Source of the DNA: Utricularia gibba
Lineage: Eukaryota > Plantae > Magnoliophyta
Assembly: GCA_002189035.1 (NCBI GenBank)
Contig: NEEC01000002.1
Location: 1,178,001 to 1,242,000 of the forward strand
DNA length: 64,000 nt
Direction of reading: 5' to 3'
Positions 54,990-64,000 of the stretch are shown piece by piece (position 1 is the stretch's first letter; every line of letters begins with the position of its first letter). Under the pieces are notes generated by a model. That model saw only the letters and a list, made by a program, of their open reading frames with translations, did not search any database and was not told the origin of the DNA. A program made the translations under genes and the position numbers.

Positions 54990-56008
54990 ATTGATGCCAC
55001 CGTAATACGAAGCAACAGCTTCTAATTTCTAGAACGTGACACACGAATCAAGAAGAACATGGAATCAACAATCTCACAGCATTGCAGAATAGCTCGTATC
55101 GAGTAACAGTGAATTGAGTGGGAAATGAATGAATGTATGAGCGAGCAACTGAAATCCAATCCGGAAACTCCAGATTCCGTAACAAGTAGCACTAAATTTT
55201 TTAATTCCAGAACCAATGAAACAAATCCATGGCGTCAAACCTAGATTCGAAATCAACAACCGTGGTACAGCATAAGATTCACCAAACAGATCCCGAAGTT
55301 ACCGCCACTCATTACGCAAACAATCTCTACCTATTCAACGATCCTAATTCGGCGAATCAACGCAACGACAGCAGGCCCCTAGCACAAACGTCTCAGCGAT
55401 TTTGATGCAGAAAACAGTGACATTAAACCAAGATACCGTAACAGAAATCCGAAAATCAACAAGGTTTCGATCGGTCGAAGAGATTACCAGGAAAACCAAT
55501 TCACGAATCCGTCCAAGAGAGGAGAGAGCAGCAACGTCAAGGCTCTCCAATGCACAACTGGAAAATTGAAATATTTACATCGCTCAAATCACTCCCTGGA
55601 ATCTGCATAGTGGACGGACGGTGAAGGCAACGAATGTAAATGACATCCATGCCCTTGAACGCCTCACCCAAAATAAAATAAATTAAAAAGGAAAAAAGAT
55701 CATTGGTTTTTAATAAATTCCTTTCCGAATCAAGCCCTATTGGATTATGGGATTCTGGTTCTCATTCAGATCGTATTTTTAAACAAAAACAAATAAAAAA
55801 TTATTCTAATGCGAAATTAAAAAAATGGAAAAATAAATAAACTGACCAGTGACCGGTGGCCGTCGTTTCAAGGAAATTACTATTTGGCCCACAAGTCGCA
55901 TCAGACCAATCAACGTTCGCTGTAGAGGCGGCTTGGTGTGATATTAACAATTTTTAAATAAAATAATCGTTGGCGGGCTTCTTCATTCGGGTGATATGGA
56001 TGATGACC

Positions 56009-56080
56009 CGGTCAATCAAATGCACTCTGCTGACGTCATTTACATTCTAGAAGAAGAATGGGTGACGTAAGGTATTATAA
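56009..56080 (+). promoter_or_regulatory. TGA-type (TGACG) pair plus W-box and TATA upstream of LEA2/NHL gene
   Basis: GGTCAA at about 56010, TGACGTCA at 56031, TGACGTAA at 56063, TATAA at about 56076. Confidence 0.4.
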
Positions 56081-56418
56081 CTAAACTAACCAGCTGTCAA
56101 GGATGTTGTTAATTAACTGACCGTTATGCAACGGGGGGTGGAGTGGAGGACCCGCTAATTACCATTTCAAAGCATCTGCTTTCTCAATCACAGATGCCCC
56201 TCTTTGAAAATATCTTGGTAGTTGTTCACTTGTTTGAAAGGTCCTGCGGGTCTACCGATGAAGAAAGAAGCTGTGAAAAGTCACGAGGCGGCGGGCCATG
56301 GATTGTATGCAGCGTTGTTGGATTGACCAGAACTGTTGGAATCTCGCACTACATAACCACCGATGCCATGAAGCAGGACGCTCATCGGAGTACAGAGTGA
56401 AGCAGAGGAGGAGAGAAG

Positions 56419-57059
56419 ATGGAGACATCGGAGCAGGCTCGCACAGTCGGTCCCCACGCCAACGGGATCTCCGATCCGGCGAAACTCCGACGCAAAAAGT
56501 GGCTTAAGTACCTCGGTTACCTCGCCATACTCCTCACTGTGGAAGCCATCGTTGTGGTCATCCTGTTCCTCACGATTTTGCGAGTATATACTCCAACCGT
56601 CACCCTGGACGCCGTCCGGATCGAGAATTTCCCAGCGATCAATGGCACCGACTTTCCGCCGCCTGGCACAAACATCACTCTCGTCTCTGATTTCACGGTG
56701 AGGAACCGTAACTTCGGGGCGTTCAATTTCCCGGCGAGAAATACCACCATCTACTACTACAACACCCAGATCGCGCAGTCCCTGGGTCCTCGGGGAGCGC
56801 GAGGTCACGCAACTCGCGATCGATCAGCACGACGGTGGATATCCCGTTGGATCAACTGGCGGCGCAGAGGCAGAATCTGGTGTCGGATCTCGGGTCGGGT
56901 CGAATCGTTTTCGGTAGCTCCACGAGATTCAGGGGGAGAGTGAGGATTTTTATCATCATCAACAGGCGCGTGACCGCCTCCACGAACTGCCTCATCACCG
57001 TCGATGTTGCGTCGCGGGCGGTTGTTAATCACGACTGCAATCCGACGATAAGGTTTTGA
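56419..57059 (+). CDS. LEA_2/NHL (late embryogenesis abundant hydroxyproline-rich) protein
   Basis: N-terminal TM segment (YLAILLTVEAIVVVILFLTIL), VRNRNFGAFNF and C-terminal NCLITVD...VVNHDC. A -1 shift at the G4 run 56792-56795 joins ORFs 56419..56943 and 56835..57059. Confidence 0.88.
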
Positions 57060-57283
57060 TTAACCAGCCCCCGGGTCCGGGTCGGTTCTTAACTCGGGTT
57101 AAGAATTATCTCTTTGCGTGTTGCAGCGTACACTTTTGGTATGCATAGTTATATATACACTTCTATTTGTATCACATTTTCGGTGTTGTATTTCAAGCAA
57201 ATGAAGCTTCGATTGAGTGCGTTTCTTGATTTCATTGGGCGTTATGGATGTCAGAGTGATCTGAAAAAGAAAGAAGCGGTTAA

Positions 57284-57988
57284 ATGGAATCGAGAATTCT
57301 GGAGATCAATCTGATCTCTGCCCAAGGAATCAAGTCGCCGCCGCACAACGTCCGTCGCCTCCAGACATACGCCGTCACATGGGTGAATCCTGCGGCGAAG
57401 CTCCGGACCCGATTGGATTCCACCGGGGGCGAGAATCCTACATGGAACGACAAGTTCCTCTTCCGCGTGTCCGACGAGTTCCTCACCCGGGACACCTCCG
57501 CCGTCTCTGTCGAGATCTTCGCCGTCGGCTGCATCAAGGATGTGCCAATCGGTACCGTTCGTTTTCTGCTGAGTAGTTGTTTAAAGGGAGTGTGCAGGGG
57601 AGAAGCGATCGGGACTCCGGCCTTCACCGCGGTCCAGATCCAGCGCCCCTCCGGTCGATTCCAAGGAGTTCTCAACATCGCCGCGGCGGTTCATAACTCG
57701 TGGGATTTTCCTATTCTTGAGAAAGCGACGGCAGTGAGTTTTCGCGAATTGATGGGTAAGAAATCGCGGAGGCTGAGTATGGGAGGAGGTTCTTCGCGAT
57801 ACTCCTCCGGAGGCGAGTCGGACGCGGACTCGACGACGTCATCTTCGTCGACGGCTTCCTCGACGGTTTTGAAGGAATGGAACTGCATCCGTCGGATTAA
57901 ATCCGACGGCGGAGGAATGCTGTGCGGGTTGATGATGAAAGGAGCTCCCTCCGATGAGAATGTCGACAACCTTTCCAAACATGATTGA
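57284..57988 (+). CDS. C2-domain (CaLB, SRC2-like) protein, intronless
   Basis: ILEINLISAQG, YAVTWV, TRLDSTGGENPTWNDKFLFRV, RPSGRFQGVLNI and a Ser-rich tail. Confidence 0.92.
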   Translation: MESRILEINLISAQGIKSPPHNVRRLQTYAVTWVNPAAKLRTRLDSTGGENPTWNDKFLFRVSDEFLTRDTSAVSVEIFAVGCIKDVPIGTVRFLLSSCLKGVCRGEAIGTPAFTAVQIQRPSGRFQGVLNIAAAVHNSWDFPILEKATAVSFRELMGKKSRRLSMGGGSSRYSSGGESDADSTTSSSSTASSTVLKEWNCIRRIKSDGGGMLCGLMMKGAPSDENVDNLSKHD

Positions 57989-58113
57989 GAAATTTGCATC
58001 AGAATGTGGTTTCACATTTTATAGGTTACATCTAATAAAAAATATTCATTTGGAAAATACCTTTAATTTCAGTTATAAAAAGTGTTGCCGTCTGATTGGG
58101 TCAAGTGTTGACA

Positions 58114-60768
58114 ATGGAGTATCGCAAGGAGCCTTTTATAAGGACGCCAGGCGTGGATCTATCTGATCTGAGAACTTCCTTCATGGATTCTGACTGCGAT
58201 TCGTTGCCGGTGAGCAACAGTACTGACACAAACTTCGGCTTCGCTTTCAACGAACGCAGTTTTTCCGACCGGGTGCTACGCCTTGAAATATTGGCGAATA
58301 AGGAGACTCGAGTATCGGAATGCAGGTCGGCCGCATCCCTACCTGGATCGGGTTCGATGAGACGGAAGCTGGACTCTGGGTGTTACGCGAGAACTGATCA
58401 TGGTTAGCTGATCTTTTTAGGGCTGGTATCATTGAATGACCATGATGGCTAAGCGGGATGTTGTTTTCTCCGCTAACCGCGTTTGATGTTATGTTTTTTC
58501 TGGTTAATTTTTACCCTTGAAGGTGAATCTTTACATCGTGTTAGTCGACAAATGCTCCTTTTCCTAATTGACCATGGGCATGAATATGCTAGGTTTGATT
58601 TTTCTTTTCGTTGGTGGGAATTTTTATTTTTTTTGCTAGGCGTAATGAGAGCTTTGTTTTTTCGAATTACTTGTCCTTTAAAGTGTTAAACTCTACCTAT
58701 CACATATTAAGTTTGTAGTGTTTCTTTTTCTGATTCCTTTCTACTCATGCTTATCAGCCATGTCCCACTCGTTTTCAGCCTTGAAGATCGACAATCAACC
58801 TGTAGGACATATTTTGGATCTCAAATCTGGTTTTGGTTGTGGAGTGGATAGTGATAATCATGCAGATTTTCCGCTAATAGAGGATTCTCCACTAGGTACA
58901 TATATTGAAATGGAAATTCTAGGTTTTTTTAACTATATTGTCCTCATGATTGCCAAATCTTTAGGAATCGTTAATGTCACACTTATGGAAAAACATGGGA
59001 ATCCGAGTTTTTAGGGCTATATCTGTTGAGTATTTCAGCATATGCGTTTGATATGGAATTATATAGGCTTCCTAGTGTATAATAATGGAATGAACTTTAT
59101 TCAATCTGTTCTTTTATAGTTTTCGTTGTCTATATGTTGTGATGTTTAATCCCTTCAGGAGATGAAAATCTTGATAGTGATGATTCAGACTGTTCAGAAG
59201 ATGGTCCATACGTTCTGAGAGTTGAAACGTTGCACATCAGCTCTATCATTTTAGCTTCCAAAAGTCCTTTTTTCTACAAGGTTTCGGTTTTGATTTCTTA
59301 CAATTTCTCCATCTTTCTGAGATATCATTAGCAGCAGTTTGTGCATTTTTTTTTCTGCAGATGCTTTCAAATGGTAGTGATCAAAGCGAAGTAACACTAA
59401 GAGTTACCGAATCTGGTATTCTACTTTTGCTTTTAGTGTTTGAATTATATGGAGTATTATGTGAAACGCCAAGGCTTTAGTGTTAAACTTCCACATTAAA
59501 TATGTTACAGAGGCAGAAGCTGTCAGGGAAATCGTTAGTTTTGTGTATACTAACACGCTGAGCTCCGATAGTTCTTTTGCTTTGTTGAGTGTGCTTATTG
59601 CTGCTGACAACTTTGAAGTAGCATCATGCGTGAGACATTGCTGTCGGTTACTGAAAAATCTTCCTATGACACCCATGCTGGCTCTCTTGTATCTTGATCT
59701 ACCTTCTCACATCCTGATGCCTGATTCTGTTAAACTCCTGACGGATGCAGCAAAGCAGTTCCTAATCTCCAGTTACAAAGACATGTTAAAGTAAGCTGTC
59801 TAATTCACTACCCTCAAAAGGTATAGAATGGAGAATGATCTGTTATTCTTGTTGCTATCGATATGTACACTACGATTTCTTCTCATGATCCAAGTATTGT
59901 GATTCCAGTACAACATGCAAAGAATTGAAGCTCTTTTATATTCAGGCACCATGATGAGCTTATGACTCTGTCTCTTGCTGGAGTTGAAGCCATACTATCT
60001 AGTAGTGAACTTCAAGTTGCCTCCGAGGATGCAGTTTTTGACTTCGTTCTTAAGTGGGCAAGGAATCATTATCCTGATGCGGAGCAACGACGCAACATCC
60101 TCTCTTCTTCCTGTCTCGGGCGCCACATCCGATTCCAGTGCATGTCACCAGGGAAACTGAGGAAGGTTCTTTCCTGCACCGACTTTGACCATGATTTCAT
60201 ATCAAAAGCTGTGCTCGATGCCCTGTTTTTCAAGGTGGAAGCTCGACATCAACGAGCACAACCTTCAGAAGAAGCATCCTCCACAGTGTCTCACTACATG
60301 GAACGCGACTACAAGTACCGTCCCATCAAGGTAGTTGGGTTCAAGCATCCACGGCCACAGTGCGTGGTTTACCTGTCTCTAAAAAGAGAAGAATGCTCAA
60401 AGTTGTTCCCATCCGGTCATGTATACTCCCAGGCCTTCCACCTGGAAGGACAAGGCTTCTTTCTATCTGCTCATTGCAACATGGATCAACAGAGGTCTCT
60501 CAATTCCTTTGGCCTCTTCCTGGGGAAGGAAGGAAACTCCTGTGCATCCCTGTCTGTTGACTATGAATTCTCTGCCAGGATGAACCCCACGGAAGAGTTC
60601 TTCAGCAAATACAAAGGTAACCATACCTTCACCGGCGGTAAGGCTGTCGGATACCGCAATCTATTTAGCATTCCCTGGACCAGTTTCATTGCTGAAGACA
60701 GTAGCTATTTCATCAATGGCGTGCTCTACCTCAGGGCAGTGCTCACCATCAGAAGGGAGAATAGCTGA
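58114..60768 (+). CDS. BTB/POZ-BACK protein, LRB/POB1-like
   Basis: NFGFAFN...[102 protein letters not shown]. Confidence 0.93.
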
Positions 60769-61146
60769 AGCTAACCGGTGATGAATAATATCCCTCTTTG
60801 TGTTCCTGGTGTTCTCTTGCAAGGTGGCTTTATCAGGAAATAAAAAGGAAAAAGAAAATTACGAAAATGTCCATAGGCTTTGTGTAAATGGTGTTGGGCT
60901 TCGTTAAGGCCTGCGCTTACGGTGGGCCCCGATGTCTGGTGAGCCCACCCTCTGTTTGTTTGCCTTGGCGCCTACTCCAAGGCCACGAGTCAAAATGTGG
61001 TGCCAACTAGGGAAGGAATATTAATTCATCATATCTTGTAGAATTTCTACCTCGTCTGAACTTTTTCGTGTTTTCGGGAAGAAAGTTCGAATCTTTTCTT
61101 TCAAGGGCGGGCTCACCCCTGAGTAGGATTGGATTGTTGGAAAGGA

Positions 61147-63360
61147 ATGGCGGTTTCGGTGAATAAGAAAACGGTGATGGCGTCCTCCAGTTCGAATGTC
61201 TCTGATGTTAATTTGAGTTATGGGGAGAGAGCTATCTCCGCCGCTGGCGCCGCCTTCATCTCTGCTATTATCATGAACCCGCTTGATGTTGCCAAGGTGC
61301 CCTTCTGCCCTATTAGTCCCATGTTTCGTGAAATCATGATCTTAGTCTTATTTGGATCAACTGAATTTGATGGTAGTAAGTTGTAAAAAGGCATATTAGG
61401 CCCCTGTCGTGCGTACCTGTCACAGAAAATGAGGGGCACATGGTTCAAATCTAGAAAGAGTCATGCGTGTTGAGGAAATAGGAAGGCATTCCTAAGATGA
61501 TATGAATTTTGTTTTTATACAACAGCGATGCGTAGATTTATGATGATAGTCATTGTTTGTGAATCGTTTATGATTTTATATTTTCCGTGCAACATGCTAG
61601 GAGTACCTTTGGAATGCGGATAACTTGTCTGAGATTTGACTTTTTATGTATAGACAAGATTGCAGGCTCAGGCTGCTGGAGTTCCCTATAATGGTGTGTG
61701 CCTTGCTGCCTGCTCCGGATCCAGGGTACTTGAGGCTGCTCTCTCTCTCTCTTTTTTTTTTTTTTTTTTTCTGGTTCAAACATTCCCTTTGCTAAGGCTC
61801 TGTTAAGTTGCGTTGTCTAATCATTGGTGATTGGTAACTATCTCATCCTAACGACGTGGTTTACGGTGTTGTATGGCTAGGACTATATGCCAACATCTTT
61901 TCATAGTGCATCGACAGTGCCTCCGGATTCTACGAGATACAAGGGAACATTTGATGTACTGTACAGAGTAGTCAGGCAGGTTGGTGATTAGTGTGCTATT
62001 TCTAAGGAAATTCACCTTCAACTTACTTGCTGTGCTGTATTTACTGGTTTTCCGATAGTTTTTACCTTAAGGACTGAAACTCACAGGAAGGGTTGTCAAG
62101 GTTGTGGCGGGGGACTAATGCTAGCTTAGCATTGGCAATACCCTCAGTAAGTATCTGTCTAGCTTAATTGAACACCGCTGTTTTTCCATACTAGCTTTTC
62201 ATAACATGCGGTGAACTCCTTACAGGTGGGAGTCTATATGCCATTGTATGATGTTTTCCGGAATCACATGGAAGACATTACCTTGCACAATGCTCCATCT
62301 CTGACCCCATATGTCCCCTTAGTTGCTGGATCCTTGGCTAGATCATTGGCCTGTGTAACCTTCTATCCTGTTGAACTTGCCAGAACTCGAATGCAGGTAG
62401 TCAATCCTTCCAGCTCAATGATACGAGAAGCCCTTTCCCCCATCATATCAAGTGTATACTTACACACGGATGTTTCGACTAAAACTCTGTAGGCATTCCA
62501 ACACAACCAACCTGGAGTAAAGCCTCCGGGTGTACTGAAAACTTTGATCGATGTGATCACCCCTCATAAGTCGGCCAGCAGTCAAGCTCGTGAGCTCTAA
62601 TTTCTGAACTATTTCACTTGAAAGTATCTGTAGTTCATCTACATTGCCCAGTGATATGAATTCTTTGTTCTAGTACACAGCTACCGGATGCTGTGGACCG
62701 GCCTAGGAGCCCAACTAGCTCGTGATGTTCCTTTTTCTGCTGTTTGCTGGTCAACACTGGAACCGGTAACTTGTTAACTGAAATAGGCTTGTTGTTTTTG
62801 ATTGGCGAAGTGTTGTTTTGTATGCCTTAGACTCTCTGCTCTTCCCGTGAAGCTTCGTCGAAAAATCCTGAGCACCATAGGCGATGATGTGGGTGCACCC
62901 GGTGTCATAGCCGCAAACTTCTCTGCTGGTTTCGTTGCAGGAAGCCTCGCAGCAGCCAGTACATGCCCTCTGGACGTGGCTAGAACCAGGCGCCAGATAG
63001 AGGTTTTCCTTGTTTTCTCATGGTCCGTAGCTCGTTCCTCTTTTCTCTTGCAACTGAAAGTAACAAAATTCCTTCTTGTCCATTCAGAAGAATATTACAA
63101 GAGCAAAGAAGATGACAACATGGCAAACTTTATCCGAGATATATAGGTAACTTGAATCCCCAACACCTTTCTTACAAGTTCCCTCCTCTCTCGGTTTGAT
63201 GCCTCAGGGTGTTCATTGGTGCCTCAGGGATGGAGGTATCAGAGGGCTATTTGCGGGCGCTGGCCCTCGAATCACCCGAGCAGGTCCTTCGGTCGGAATC
63301 GTTGTTTCCTTCTATGAGGTAGTCAAGTACACTCTACTCTATCTGCATCAAAATGAGTAG
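61147..63360 (+). CDS. MTM1: Mitochondrial carrier MTM1/MTM2-like (SLC25A39/40 family)
   Basis: SAAGAAFISAIIMNPLDVAK.RLQAQ, RLWRGTNASLALAIP.VGVYMPLYD, YPVELARTRMQ, LARDVPFSAVCW, CPLDVARTRRQIE, GPRITRAGPSVGIVVSFYEVVK. Confidence 0.92.
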
Positions 63361-63620
63361 ATGCAGTGTAGAGTAGCTGGGCAGCATTTCATGCTTTCAG
63401 GACAACAGTGAGACACCATGGCTTCCAAGCACCATACGAGCTCAGAGTTAGCTCTCTGGGCAAGCCGTAAGGAATTTATGTTAGACTTCAGTGCTTGTCA
63501 TCGCTACTGAACCACACTTGAAGGCTGTCCGTTCGATTTTGAGAGTGCCATCACAGTTTTACAACATAGACCCTTGTCTGAGCCTCCCTAATATAGTTTC
63601 AAATTGAGTCTTTTGCAGTT

Positions 63621-64000
63621 TTAAGCTATATCCTTCGGCTTGTTTCCCCTCCAGAGGATGATCTGCTCATCCTTGAACAACAGAGGAACGCAGGGTACCA
63701 AATCTCGTAATTTGACCCCAATTTTCTTGCAATCGTTGACGCCAACATGAGCACAGTCCAGTCTGACTACTTGTTCAGTCTCAAAAGCTGATCTGACCTT
63801 CTCCACAACATTCACATACACCCCATTCCGTGTAAGTTTCATCAATGGCGGAGAGGTCAGTCCCCTGTTTCGCATTTCCCTTGTTTCTTCAAAGCTCAGA
63901 CCATCAGCAATGTTGTTCACCAACTTGGGATAGATTGGTGCGAGTGGTTTCCATAGCATCAGGGGTATCTGTGGTCGATTCCGGGGGTCGTAGTTTCGAC
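63621..64000 (-). CDS. CRM-domain mitochondrial splicing factor (CRS2-associated factor-like), 3' part only
   Basis: LWKPLAPIYPKLV...GL...MKLTRNGVYVNVV..VR..FE...VVRLDC...DCKKIGVKLRDLVPCVPLLFKDEQIILWRG. The gene extends beyond the window end. Confidence 0.9.
   Translation of the reverse strand, partial: RNYDPRNRPQIPLMLWKPLAPIYPKLVNNIADGLSFEETREMRNRGLTSPPLMKLTRNGVYVNVVEKVRSAFETEQVVRLDCAHVGVNDCKKIGVKLRDLVPCVPLLFKDEQIILWRGNKPKDIA

Overview
Eukaryotic (flowering plant, eudicot-like) nuclear DNA, very gene-dense: about 25 protein-coding genes in 64 kb, short GT-AG introns (mostly 70-150 nt), and no recognisable transposon ORFs. Genes in order: ZAT-type C2H2 zinc finger, two conserved unknown proteins, ABP1, an LRR protein, a 79-aa microprotein, a small plastid-type membrane protein, tRNA-Ser(GCT), NAD-ME1, an FLZ protein, AGC1-3 kinase, VIL1, FIL/YAB3-type YABBY, GIL1, GAE, an HPPR/HPR3-like pseudogene, SPPL, an RLK, NINJA, CBE1, endosulfine, LEA2/NHL, a C2 protein, an LRB/POB1-like BTB protein, MTM1-like carrier, and the 3' end of a mitochondrial CRM protein. 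At least eight apparent frameshifts in otherwise intact genes are single-base losses, nearly all in G/C runs, and are most likely assembly errors. I found no large novel multi-gene system. The best leads are: (1) an ABP1 in which both cysteines of the conserved disulfide are replaced by Phe and the C-terminus is RDEL; (2) a perfect plant snRNA-type USE plus TATA upstream of a structured GC-rich stretch that matches no snRNA I can recall; (3) a hairpin-rich unit resembling a tandem H/ACA snoRNA cluster; (4) an intron-spanning uORF in NINJA; (5) a decaying HPPR-like gene and a possibly degenerate REVEILLE-like locus. Gene names come from recalled family motifs, not database searches.
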